Shown: positions 1 to 12,354, numbered from the stretch's first letter. The stretch is 64,000 nt of DNA from Cercozoa sp. M6MM (GCA_040357565.1 JBDODJ010000020.1), one strand, 5' to 3'. Notes: a model not told the origin generated them from the letters alone. Numbers and translations: made by a program.

Positions 1-1050
1 GGGGGGGGGGGTAACACAAGAAACACACGACACAAGACAACAAGACAAGGCACAAGACAAGACACAAGACAAGACACAAAAACAACCACAACACAGATGC
101 AGACACATACGCAGACACAGGCACAAGGAGTACCGACACGACGGCGCTGCATCCAGTGCAGAAACACACTCAGCCAGCAGCTGCCGAGCGACCAGAACAA
201 GAGCACCAAAGCACCGCCTCGTCTGATCCCAGGCGACATATCAACACAGTCACACGCACAGACACAAGACACACGTGGCGGTGAACAAACTCACTCGGTA
301 CGAAAGGCCATCTTGAGCAACAAGAATGCTGTGCTTGCCAGTGCCACGGCCCAGATAGCGTTGATGACCTGCATCACACCACACCCGATACGCACCACAC
401 AGTATGTGGATAGGACGTGGCACCTTGCGCTGCCGCTCGTGCATGAGTGAATAGTCAAACAGCAGGAAGAGCACGAGCGAGCGCAGCAGCGAGATGAACA
501 CCACGTCCGACGAAGAGGATGCAAACGAGTAGTCCTCGCCCAGACCACGCCAGAAACACGACCACGACGACACTGGAACCTAAGCAACACACCTCACATG
601 TCTGCCGACCATGGGTGTGTCTGCATCCGTACCTGGACAGGTGGGTTGCCTACATCAACAGGCGGACAAGCGTCGGGTGCAACAGCATGTGCGAAGAGCA
701 CGCACGCCTACCCAACCACACAGACATAAATGGTCATGGTGTCCATGTATCGACATGCAGACACTCCGACATACAATGGCGAAATCCAGCACAGTGCTTA
801 AACGTGGCAGTGAAGACAGCAGCACAAACCCGCAGCAGGCACAAAAAAACCCTGTTGCGGAAATGTAAGTCATGTCGACGCTAGGAAGGCAGGGTGCAGG
901 CACAAAAAGTACACGAGTGCGTGGCACAACGTTCCAGTCGCTCGCCGCAGTTGCCGCAGCAGCCTACACAGCAGATGTACACTCACAGGTCAGGTAGACA
1001 CGAAAGAGAGCAAGGGTTACCCGTGGTGTCCTCCCACAATTCGCCAGCAT
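1..1050 (-). CDS. Multi-exon membrane protein with MENTAL-like 4-TM domain; 3' end runs off the window, start unresolved (873-1050)
   Basis: Spliced exons read TVLDFAIACVLF...GEDYSFASSSSDVVFISLLRSLVLFLL...INAIWAVALASTAFLLLKMAF...LVLLFWSLGSCWLSVFLHW, matching the helix pattern of the STARD3/MLN64 MENTAL domain; GT-AG introns keep frame. Confidence 0.55.
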
Positions 1051-1643
1051 CAGGCAACTGCAGCTGGAACTACATTCAGCACTCTTATACTCATTTTTTG
1101 GGGTACAGCCATCTGGGAAAAGATCGCACGTTTTGAAAAAAGCGTGTCATTAAGACTGGTCAACACGACACGCACACGCGCTAACACAGTCTGGCCGCCC
1201 TAAAAGGTCCCTAAAACAACACGGTCGTGCCGCGCGGACACCCTCTTCAGGGGACAGTTTGTGTGCTAAAAATGAGCTCACACGAGCGCACAACCACGTT
1301 AGGACACGGTGGCTTGTCGACACCACAGCGATCGACCAATGATACAGGAAGTCCAAATGATCGGCCCAACACTTATTATGTCATTTTTCTAAAAAGCACA
1401 TGCCGAAAGCCGAATTAGGCCTGCACCTCGGAGTCTAGGCTTCATCGAGTTTTCAAAAATCTAAATTTTGTGCACTATGCGCAGGTGAAAATTAAAAAAT
1501 GGACACTCTTCAACTTTAACTTGATTCTCAGGAGAAGATGACAGATGATGTGACTGCAAAACAGCTTGCTTTGTTTTTGTTGACGATCGCCTAAACTCGC
1601 AGAAAGAGGAGTGCACAGTTGTTTGAATCTGAGTGTAGACAAG

Positions 1644-4600
1644 ATGAGTACAGACCTGGACACGCTGGTGAAAGAATACCTCGAGTACGAGCCGTGTGAA
1701 AAGTTTCGCAATGAGCTTGAGGGTCTCCTCGCCAAAGGTGATGCCGACGCGTTGTCCGCGCGGATGATGCCACGCATCGCGTTTGGTACGGCTGGTCTGC
1801 GTGCGCGCATGGCGGCAGGCTACCGCTTCATGAACGACCTGACCGTGCTGCAGGTGCCCGCATAAGCGTCAAAGATATGTAAGGTATTTACGTGTTTGGT
1901 CTAGGCGTCGCAAGGTCTCGTGTGCCAACTCAAGGAGGAGCACAAGGAGGAAGAACCCAAGGTATAGGCACGAGCGATGTCGAGTTTACATATGTGTGGG
2001 CACTGGATGTTGTTGGTAGGACATGAGCGTTGTGGTCGGCTTTGATGCGCGACACAACTCGCGTCGATTCGGCGTGCTGACCGCTGGTGCGGCTCCTGCT
2101 CTGCCCCCTCCACTGAATTTGTGTCCTTGGCCCTCTTCTTACCTTCTTCTCCCCGTATAGCGGTGTTTGCCTCTGCCGGTTTCCGCGTGCACCTGTGCAT
2201 TCCGACTGCCGCCAGCGATGGCTTTGCCGAGCACCCGTTCTCGTAAGCTCCTGTCCCTCTATCCTTACTCGTTGCTCAGTTACCCTTTGCCCAGTCAGCT
2301 GACCCTTGTATTGTATGCGTGTGTAGTTGCACGCCATTGGTGCCGTTCGGTGTGCTGCAGAAACAGGCCGTGTGCGGTGTCATGGTGACTGCTTCGCACA
2401 ACCCCAAGGATGACAACGGCTACAAGGTACTGCCTGTCCTGACTGTACAGGTGTGCACGTGTATAATTATACGCTGGTACAATGTGCAACACTGTGGTAC
2501 AGGTGTACTGGTCGAATGGCGCCCAGATCGTGTCGCCAACGGATTCGCAGATCAGTGCGCATATCCTGGCCAACCTGTAGCCTATACTTTACCTCTTTCG
2601 CCATTTTGCCCCGTATTGCCCCTTGTCATCCTTCATCCTTGTAGGCGCCCGTGGAAGGACTACAGCGTGCTCATGCAGCAGATTGAGGCGGGCGAGTGTG
2701 CCCTCGTGGACAACCCGGCCGACGAGCTTGTCCATGCGTGTACCCCTTCACCCCTTCCTCTCCCCTCCCCTTTACGACCCTTTACCCCTTTACCCCTTTG
2801 CCCTTTACCCCCCCTCCCCTGCAGACATGGAAACTGCCAAGGAAAAGCTGTGTTTCCGCGACAATTCGAGCAGCGCCAACGTCAAAGTGGCCTACACGGC
2901 CATGCACGGTGTCGGCGCGCCCTATATAGCGCAGGTTTTCCGCGCCTTTGGCCTACCGCAGCCGGTGCCGACGCCGCAGCAGCAGGAACCGCATCCGGAC
3001 TTCCCCACGGTAGGCCTGACACTCTTTACACTTTACCCCCCTCCCCCATTTAAGCCTTTACTTGCTCGGTGACTGTGGTAGGTGCAATATCCGAACCCAG
3101 AGGAAGGTGCCGGGGCACTGGCACTCGCCATGACCACTGCGAAGCAACACGACTGCACCGTCATTCTCGTATGGCCTTCTACACTGTCGTCCTTAAATTC
3201 TTTACCGCTACGCATGTCAATGCAGGCGAACGATCCGGATGCCGATCGTCTCGCTGTGGCTGAGTTGCAGGGTATACCTTTATCCTCAAACCTTCGCCCC
3301 TTAACCTTTCTATAACTTAGTCGTTTTTACCTTTGTTAACCTGTATACCTTCTAATTACTTCCGCTTGACTCTAATTTCTTAATACTTGACTCTGGTAGA
3401 ATCGGGTGACTGGCGCGTCTTCAACGGCAACGAGATCGCTGCGCTCTTCGCTGACTGGCTTGTACCATTTGTCTTCCCCTTTCCCCGATTTACCCGTTTC
3501 CGCTGTACACAGCTGCGCAAGACACCGCGCGTGCCAGGCAAGAAGCCACTGCTGCTGGCCAGCACGGTGTCGTCCAAGTTCCTTGGTGATCTTGGATCTG
3601 CCTAAATGATGTGAGAGGGTTAAAGGGGCGGTTTAAGAAGGTGTCGTATATCGCTGTATGCATGGAATTTCCGCAGGTGCTATGGCCGACGCGGAGAATG
3701 CCGAGTTCGTCGATACGCTGACGGGCTTCAAGTGGCTCGGCTCGGTGGCCGCATCGAAGCAGGCGACTTCGCAGTTTCTCTTTGCCTATGAGGTCGAGAT
3801 CGGCTTCCTCTCGGGTGACATGTCCTGGGACAAGGACGGCGTTCGAATGGTTTTGCTCCCATCACCCCTTTAACCCTCCCTCTTTCACCCTTTCCTCCTA
3901 ACCCCTTGAAACCTTCCCCATCACTCCTTTTCCTTTCCCGTGCCCAGGCCGCCGTGTTTGCTGAGTTGGCAGGCGATGCTTTGTCGCGTGGTTTGACGCT
4001 GTCGCAGCAGCTCGATATGCTGCGTGCCAAGTAGGCTTACGTTTATCCCTACCCTTAGTGCATCCCTTCCTTTTTGTGTCCTTTCCAGGTACGGTTACTA
4101 TGAGATGAACACGTCGTATTTCTTCTGCGGTGACGAGGCTCTCGAGGCGTACCTTGGCACAACTAAGAAAGAGAGAATAAAGGCCGCGCGTGTGTGTGTA
4201 CATGTTTGTGTGTATGGTCAGAATCTTCCGTCGTCTGCGCAACTTTGACGGTAGCGGTGACTACCCGCGCCATGTTGGCGACGTCGAGATCACTGGCGTG
4301 CGCGATGTGACGCTCGGTGTCGACACGCGACGGGAGGATCGGTGCCTTCTGAGCTACTTACCCTCCACTGCCCTATGAGTCCCGGTTACCCCTCCCTATC
4401 CCATGACTCAGAAAGTGCCAGCTGCCGCAGCAGCCGTCGTCGCAGATGCTGACCTTCTACATGGAGAAGGAAGGTGCCGTTGCCACGCTGCGTAATTCGG
4501 GCACCGAGCCCAAGGTATTTTCGTCCTTATCTTTACTCATGTGACCATATCCCTCACGTATATGTGGCCTGCAGGTCAAGTACTACGTCGAATGCAGCGA

Positions 4601-4709
4601 TCGCACCGATGCGGTGGCCGCTCGCGCCAAGTGCGACCGCGTTACGCAGCTCCTGATTGAGCACCTCGTGCAGCCTCAGGTGCACGGTCTGCGCGCCAAG
4701 GGACAGTAA
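1644..4709 (+). CDS. PGM2: Phosphoglucomutase-2 / phosphopentomutase family (18 exons)
   Basis: [16 protein letters not shown], catalytic [20 protein letters not shown], metal loop [34 protein letters not shown]; 17 GT-AG introns traced in frame to TAA 4707-4709. Confidence 0.95.
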
Positions 4710-4864
4710 CCTGAACGACCGGAACGACGCAGAACGTAACAATGCGACTTGCGTTGATTGCCACGTCCGAATTATGCGAACTGCAGCTGAATCGAATGCG
4801 ATGCCTGGGACGTCTGCACGTCAAGCGGCCGAAGAAGAACAATGTGGCCGCCACAAATTAATTT

Positions 4865-4980
4865 GTTAGTCCAGTCTACTAAGAAACCAACTCTGTAGTT
4901 TCCCTGTACCGCCGGCGTACCAGCTGAGCTGGATCACAAGCGCATACGTAGTTCACCGCGCGCTTAGAATGGGACACAAA
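4865..4980 (-). mobile_element. Diverged 3' fragment of non-LTR retroelement family (copy 1)
   Basis: GTTAGTCCAGTCTACTAAGAAACCAACT...GGATCACAAGCGCAT...ACCGCGCGCTTAG aligns colinearly with the copies at 12068, 51448 and 57292; no clear TSD. Confidence 0.65.
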
Positions 4981-5283
4981 CACGAAGAAATCAACGATAC
5001 TCCACCTGCAGGGCGTCACGCGACTCGTCGGATCCTTCAATTCCCAATCGCCGTGCGACCAAGCGCCGCCTTCAGCTGCTTCGTTCCCCGATACTGACTT
5101 TCAGTAATAAATTCGCTTCATGGTTCTTATATTACAGTAATTTACAGGTTGTATGCCTAGCACGTTGCGACTGGACAAGTTCATTCCTGACACGGTCTTT
5201 GAGCAAGGGTACAAAATACATCAACACAAACATGTCCTAACTTCAATTTACTTTGAATTACATATCTCAACCCCCCTGCGGCA

Positions 5284-5822
5284 ACTCGGATCGAAAAGGA
5301 TTACTTGGATCCGAAAGCTGTGAGGCGAACTAGCACGCTCCATCATCCGAGCGAAAGCGGAGTCAAACGCCTTTTTTGAGGGTGCTTCCGCAAAGATTCA
5401 GCAAGGAAATATCTTTCTAGCACCTTGTTTCATCTGCTTCCAAGTAAATTACGGATTACTCCAAGGTGTGCTCAGCTGCACCTTGTGACTCATCAGCTTT
5501 CGATCCGAGTAATTACGCTCAGTTCGCCTCACAGCTTTTGGAAGAAAACTCCGCGAGCACCTCTCTTGGCCAAGCGAAACAAGTCGAGCAAGTAAATTAC
5601 GTTCAGCTGAGCACACCAGAGGCTCGTGTGACTATGGACATACGAACCGCTGGTCTCGCCTTGATGCAGGCACGTTTTTATTCTAATGGTGCTGTGGTTT
5701 TCATTGCAACCAAACACGTGCTTTCCAACGACAGTATGTTTACATTGCCGGTTGATACGACAAAAAAAAAAACAATCAAGCACTCGACTTACCTTGCACC
5801 GGCCGGCGAACTGAGGCCGGCC
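5284..5822. repeat. Patchwork of 8-18 bp direct and inverted modules
   Basis: Exact inverted pairs 5284-5296/5498-5510, 5314-5331/5521-5538, 5465-5478/5604-5617; exact direct pairs 5441-5453/5589-5601, 5420-5428/5478-5486. Confidence 0.75.
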
Positions 5823-5831
5823 TCCGTCTCA

Positions 5832-5919
5832 GCGCAAAATGTAGATGCGTGTGACAGTGCTTACGACAGCGGTACCGTACTTCCGTGCGCAAATGTAGAT
5901 GCATGTGACAGTGCTTACG
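5832..5919. repeat. ~33-bp imperfect direct repeat
   Basis: GCGCAAA(A)TGTAGATGCRTGTGACAGTGCTTACG at 5832-5865 and 5887-5919. Confidence 0.85.
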
Positions 5920-5963
5920 TTACATATATGATAACTGAATGATTCAAGTGGCCGAACTGAAGT

Positions 5964-7592
5964 TTAGTCGACTTCCAGCGTCCAGTCGTACTGTGGGTAG
6001 GTAAACAAACATACACGTCAGAACATCCAAAAAGCTCGACGTAGAGTGTAGCCTACCTCAATTGTCGGAATCACCGACGAGATGAACTTCAGGAAAATAA
6101 AGAGCGACGACTGCGGCGACACGCTCTACACACAGGCAGGCATGGTCATGACCAGTGCACATGAGAAAGATAGGACATCGGGGACCTGCAAGGCACGCTG
6201 CTGTCGCTGCTCCTGCTCCTCGCTGGTGCCACTGGCAGAATCAGCATCGGCGTCGAGAATGCCCATGTCCCTGGCGTGTGCTTCCACCTGCCAAACGGTA
6301 AAGTGTCTGCAATAGAAAGGATCAGGGCATGTTCTACCAGTTCCTCGATCATGCGCTTCATGACATTGGCATGACGGCACGGGTGAATGCTCGCCACCGA
6401 GATGTCGCCTGCCAGGTGGGGGTGCGTCTCCACCGTCACAGTCTTGTTGGCATGCTCTGCTGACACGTCCTCGAGGATCTGTTCGTTCGACAACGTCTGA
6501 CCGTTCTGTACGCACATGTATAGAGAAGAAATCAGGGAGGGGGGGGGGGAGCACCTCGTCAAAGCCGCGCAGCCACATGCGGGGCGTCTGGTGATACTTG
6601 TCGTACGTGATCATGAGGTCGTAGGTGCGCGTGCGCACAATCTCGTGTGCCTCCTCGCGCACCATCTTCTTCTTGTTCTTCAGACTCGACTGTGAGGTTT
6701 CCTGCACCTCTACCTGTGCCTCCTTGATGTCGTCAATATCGTCGATATCATCAATGTCGTCAATGTCGTCAATGTCGTCAATGTCATCAATATCATCGAT
6801 GTCATTAATGTCGTCGATGTCGTCAACCTCACCGACATCAGCAGTCTGAACCACAAGAGTACAATCGTGCTGCATTGACCATGTGTATACATGCAAGCAA
6901 AAGCACCTCTTTGGGCGCCTGAATATTCGCGACGTCCTCGACATCATCTAGATCGACGATGTCGTCCACCAGCGCGCGCGCCGACACCTGCGCGTGTCCA
7001 TCCGCCGCAAGCCAGTCTTCCAGTTCCTCGCCCGTCTCTTCCACCTGCGCACATGCACATCTGGGATAAGTACACATAAATATATACGCGCAGACAAAGG
7101 TGTACCCTGGCAACTGAGACATGCATGGTAGCCATGTCAGCTACACGACGAAGCGACGGGACGCCACGTGTCACCAAAAACCTGGGAGGGGGGTTGGAGA
7201 TAGGGATAAGGTCACGGAGAGAACCAAGTGCAAAGCAAAAGCTACTGTTTGTCCTCAGGTAGAAAAGAAACGCGCTTCGAGGGGTCACCCGACGCCCATT
7301 GCCTGGTACACAAGGCACGACATGTGAGCGCGTGTGAACACGTAATACGTGTGAGCACGTAGTGTACCAAGTCCTGCATCGGTGGACAAGTGCGTCACCA
7401 GCCTCCACAAACTCCTGTGGTGTCAACACGCCCTACACAACGGGGGACAACACAACATAGGTGAAGGGTGAGAACAACACGGGGACAGAGAAACGCTACC
7501 TTCTCGTAGAATTGCGACTCGGACAGCACAGGCATGAATGCCTCTGCCACGTTCTTGTACAGGCCCCAGATCGAGTTCTTTAGCCCCGACAT
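5964..7592 (-). CDS. ATG3: Autophagy E2-like conjugating enzyme ATG3
   Basis: N-term [65 protein letters not shown], catalytic [13 protein letters not shown]-term [15 protein letters not shown]. Confidence 0.97.
6726..6824 (-). repeat. Coding 9-bp tandem repeat, (DDI)x11, within ATG3
   Basis: 11 units with synonymous codon variation and one NDI variant. Confidence 0.9.
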
Positions 7593-7812
7593 GCTGCTTT
7601 ACGGTGTGTCTGCAGCTGGATCGTGTGCCGTAGACCCTTCACTGCTTGCTTGTGGCGAGTTAAGATGAATCGAAAAACCTCAGATAAGGCCGTGATTGAG
7701 CCGAAAACCGAGCACAAAACCAGAAACATGAGCCAGGAGAATAAATTAATTATTCTGGGTCGTGTTGCGATTGCTTCTCGCCAAGGGTCACTGTCAGTCT
7801 TGAAAAAGCACA

Positions 7813-9314
7813 ATGGCGGACAAGGACTTGGATGATCTGTTGGACTCGGTCCTTGATGACTTTGAGGAGGAGGATGCGCCTGCGCCTCCCAGGACTGGAG
7901 AAGCGTATATTTTTTGTCTTTTTGTGCGATATTTGCTGGGACGCTCGGCGCTGTTGTTGCGTCGGTTCCATTAGCACACCGGGTTTTGCTGCAGAACGGA
8001 ACCCACGACGGGCCAAACAGACGCGCAGGCGTCGGCTTTCTCTGCAGCTTTCGACATGCTGCGACAGGGCGTGAATGATGCCAGCGACTCGCCCGACAGG
8101 TAATTGCTGTTTGCAACAGTGCTGGAAGGGGATGTGCGTATATGCGAAATTTAGCGATGAAAGCAAGCTTCTTGCGCAATTACTGAAGGCGCTCGGCGAA
8201 GAGTACCCTGCCCCTTTTCTCATGTATGCGCGTGTGCGTGTTTATTTAGATGATTAGTGGTGATGGTGACGAGGACGATGAAGCGACGGCGGAAGAGTTC
8301 GCCAAAATGCTGCGAGAACAGTTCGGTATGCCAGAAGGTACCTCACTTTACTGAGTTAATGTTATCTTGCGCAACGATCTCGTGTAATGTAGGGGGAGAG
8401 GATTCGAATGACGCAGAGGCAGCGGTGGAGAAAATGATGCGTGCACTCGTTGGGTACTTTTTTGTCTCATCAATGCACTGGAGTGTATGTTACAATGACC
8501 ATCTAGTGCATCCTTGCTTAAGGAACCCGCTCAGTCTGTGAGGGTACTCGAGTTGTCTGCTGAAAGCGTTGCTGTATCAGTTAGCATTCATGCAGGATAA
8601 GCTGGCCGCGTGGATCAAGGAGCGTGACGCTGCCGGCGAAGAAGTTGAACAGAGGCATCGAGAGCAGCTCGAGGGTAGTTAAATTGCCAACTTTAATCCA
8701 GTCCCATTGGATAAATATGTAACGTAGGCTACGAGAAGATCCTTCGAGTGATTGCCGAAAGCGAGAGAAGTAATGCGAGTGGCAGCGCCGACGACGACCG
8801 GGCTGATGACAGCAACACCAACGACACAAAGAACGACAGCAACAACGAGGACGATGAGTTTGCACACATGCCCCGAGTCATGATGATGCTCGAACAACTG
8901 CAGCAGGTAGCCTGTCTGCATGTGTACGTGTTTTTCCTGCCTTTCACCAATGCGCTGCTTAGTTGGGCGATTTACCACAAGCTGTCGCTGATGAGTTGCA
9001 GCAGGTGCGTTTGCTCCTCTATCGATCTTGACTCGATTCTCACATGTGCATGTCTTTGGCAGGAGCTGCAAGCGTTGGGTGTGGACGATTCCGACCTGAT
9101 GAACGACGAGGGTACGTTCACCTTACTTGTTTGTCCATCCGCCTGCACATTCCCGTTTTTTGTGCAAGCAGAAACTGCTGAGCAGCTTCGTCGTCTTGCA
9201 TCTGAGGCTGGTGGTACTTTCGCGTTGGCACATGTGGGCGTGAATATCGTACCACGTTCCTTTTTTGTAGGAATGGGTGAACAACTCGGCGCCGAAGACT
9301 GCCGTATTATGTAG
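7813..9314 (+). CDS. PEX19: Peroxisomal membrane protein import receptor PEX19
   Basis: N-term PEX3-binding DLDDLLDSVLDDF; core LKEPAQSVRDKLAAWI, MMMLEQLQQ; C-term CaaX box DCRIM*. Confidence 0.9.
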
Positions 9315-9553
9315 CCTCGGTCTGGCATACGACCTTAATTCTCACGGACACTTCGCTAACGCTACGATCTGTGTTTCGTGTAATTTGCTGATGATGTGTC
9401 TACACCAACTGAACGTGACCTGCTGCCCGACCCGTCCCAGGACGGTCCTGTTCAGAAAAAAGTACAGTAATACTGTAAAAGCGAAAGAAAGCTGGCGATC
9501 GGCTCGAACGGTGCTCGTGTTTTGTGCTTGGTCAGGCGCACTGCTAACAGAAA

Positions 9554-11601
9554 ATGAACTCGGATCAGGTATGCCAGGAATGGAGTTTGTTGTGATTATT
9601 TTCTCGAGCAAAACGTGTGCTCCTCAGATCGACGAGCAATGGGTCGCAAAAACCATCGTCGAAAACCAGCTTGATATACGAGCGGTACTGAAGGTGTACT
9701 CGCGCTTGCTGCAGGAACAGGTGTCGGATCCGATCGCTGTTGTGGTAGAGTTTCATCTACATTGCTTCTGTCCATGTGTGGTGTATTTGTCGCACATTGC
9801 AGCCGCCGCGCAACCAAGCGCCTGCAACGCCGCCTTTAGCTACTTCATTCCCCGATACTGACTCTCAGGTAGCAGGCAGGTCATCTTGGGGTCCAATACG
9901 GTTCCACTGATTGGTTGACATGCGTGGCAGAGTCAAGACAGTGAGGAGCAAACCCAAATGCCAACGCCGCGACGCTTGTTTCAGGACGAGCCACAGCCAG
10001 CCTCACCTGAGTATGCAGTCGCAACAGCGCCGGAACCAACGCGACCAATGTTTGTGTTCGGCGCCGAGTTGCAGCAACACACCAAGCACATGCGTATCTC
10101 GTTTCTTCCCATGTGCTCTATGGTTCTATGTCTATATGAAATGGATACAGCACAAGAACCATGCTGTTTGGGTTGTGCATCAACGCAACAAGTAACGCGC
10201 GAATTTTCTGCACACACACACACACACATACACACACACACACGCACGCACACACACACACACACAACGTATGTATGTCATTTCTATAGAAATACCACAT
10301 CATGAGTCTGTTTCGTCTACCATTGTTGCAGGTGCATTTATCTGGACTTTCCGGGAGCATTCGAGTTTATAACTGGTGCCTCTGACAGTGTTCAAGTGTG
10401 ACCGAGTGTGCTCGCATTCACACGCAACTCTTGCAGTACTTGGCACGGTATTACCACTATAGCGTCGATAAAAGTAGTGGCGCCAACAGTACATTGCTCC
10501 TCTTACCCTTCCCTCTGACCTCTTGCACCTTATTCATGCAGACAACGGGAAGTTACCAGGTCCGTGTCCCGAGTGGCTCCGCCGACACTTTGCGCTCTCT
10601 GTGTACCTCATCTATTGTTGAGCTTGGACTTGTGTCGAATATAGGAATGCTTAAATGCACTTGGCACAGTGCCGATGCGAAGGCAGCGACATCAACGCGC
10701 CGGGCCAATGGCGAACCTCGTCTCAAACGACGCAAGTACCAGCCGGTATGCCTAGACTCATATCTGGCCTATATCCATGGTCGTTTAGGTTCCCTATTTA
10801 TTTTACAACAGTCCAAGGACCGACTGCAGAAGGCGCGTGTTGTCTTGCGACACCTGCGACTACACAGCAGCGGCAGTGTGCTAGACGCTGAGAGCGGTGT
10901 CACCGTGTTCAGCGTGCCAAAGTTTTCCACCAAGACTGCCCTCGTTGCGGTACACAGGCCTGGGGGTTGCTAACAGATTAAAGGTGTCTTGTGCTTTAGG
11001 ACTACAACCTCAAGCACTCGGGTGACCCGGACCTCAATGTCAAGTCGTATGTCCAGCGTGCAAGCTTGGTATACCTTCCACCCCACATTGCTTGGTTTCT
11101 ACGATCTGTTTCTGCGCTTTGAAACAGGCACTGGATTCTGAATTGCGCATCGACTGCTGCCCCCGACGCGAAAAGAACCAAAAGAAATCGACCCCGCCTC
11201 GTATATCTTCCAAGTACACTTTGCTTTGTGCCTGTACCCCTCAGTCTGTATAGCGGCCCCGATCCCGACTCCGACGGTGGCCGTGCAGTCAGCCGCGTGT
11301 ACAGGCGAGCAGCAGCAGCCGCAACAACAGAGGCAATACCTTCAACAACAAAAGCAGCAACAACAAATGATGCAGCAGCAACTGCAGCAGCAGCAGCGCA
11401 TGATGCAGCAACACCAGCACCAGCAGTATGCACAACCACAGCAGCACCTAACGCCGCAGCAGCTGGCACAACACTGGCAACAGTATTACCTTGCACAGCA
11501 CCACTACCAGCAGATGCAACTCATGCAGCAGCAGCGACTACCCCAGCAGCAGCGGCAGCAACACCAATTACAGGAACTACATCAGCAGCAACAACTACAG
11601 C

Positions 11602-11647
<46 letters not shown>

Positions 11648-11658
11648 NNNNNNNNNNC

Positions 11659-11704
<46 letters not shown>

Positions 11705-11744
11705 GCAACAACAGCAACAGCAACCACACAACCGGGGTTCCTGA
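9554..11744 (+). CDS. Hypothetical protein with C-terminal polyglutamine tract
   Basis: Exons join in frame from MNSDQ|IDEQWVAK...; basic RLKRRK (NLS-like); long CAA/CAG polyQ containing a 10-N gap; some internal exon boundaries uncertain. Confidence 0.6.
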
Positions 11745-12067
11745 CCAAACCATGTACCATAGTCAGGACCCGTCACTGCGCTACATTGCACTCGCATGCT
11801 AGGGATTTGAATTCTGAGACACCACGCAAACCTTGAACTGTTTTCCTTCGCTTTACGTTAAGTTCAATTGGTCACGGCATACGGTACATCATCGCATGCG
11901 ATGGTACACGGTCGGATATATCGTATATTGATGTTGCGTCGTGCGTCGTGTCACGTCAGTGTGCTATCTCGTACAGCGGGTAGGAAACCAGCAACTGCAG
12001 AAAGGTATTGAAAACGACGAAGGGCTCCCTCTGCCGTCGTGGCCTCTTAGCGTAAGTTTACTCCCAA

Positions 12068-12354
12068 GTTGTTAGTTAGTTGAGTCTTCTAGGAAACCAA
12101 CTATGTATCCCGCACCAGTCCGGGGTGGGTCACAAGAGCATGACAGTGTCTACCGCCCGCTTAGGGTAGGACCATACAACTCCCCTTTTGACGTTCCCCA
12201 AGACACCGAAGTAGACTTCATGGTTGGTGCAAGTAGCGGGCTACAAGTAGAGAGGCGTCGCAGGCGGGGCCGGGTCGTCCCGTCGTCGTCCTTCTCTCCA
12301 CTCGATAACTAAACAAAACGGACCAGCGATGAGTGGTGACCTAGTCTATGTCGA
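12068..12354 (-). mobile_element. 5'-truncated non-LTR retroelement (copy 2, 287 bp)
   Basis: Minus-strand 3' end ...GTTGGTTTCCTAGAAGACTC(AACT)n; flanked by 8-bp direct repeat ACTCCCAA (12060-12067, 12355-12362); about 250 bp of homology to 57530-57788 in the opposite orientation. Confidence 0.85.

Noticed and set aside
2740-2820. Interstitial telomeric repeat
   Set aside because: Motif is CCCTTTA(C) (reverse GTAAAGGG), not CCCTAA/CCCTAAA, and is confined to introns
5395-5510. Hammerhead ribozyme on minus strand (CTGATGAG...GAAAC)
   Set aside because: Stem II is only 3 bp, the cleavage triplet reads GCT rather than NUH, and no stem I forms
5466-5942. 158-aa ORF
   Set aside because: Non-ATG start, overlaps the repeat patchwork and a 33-bp duplication, no recognisable domain
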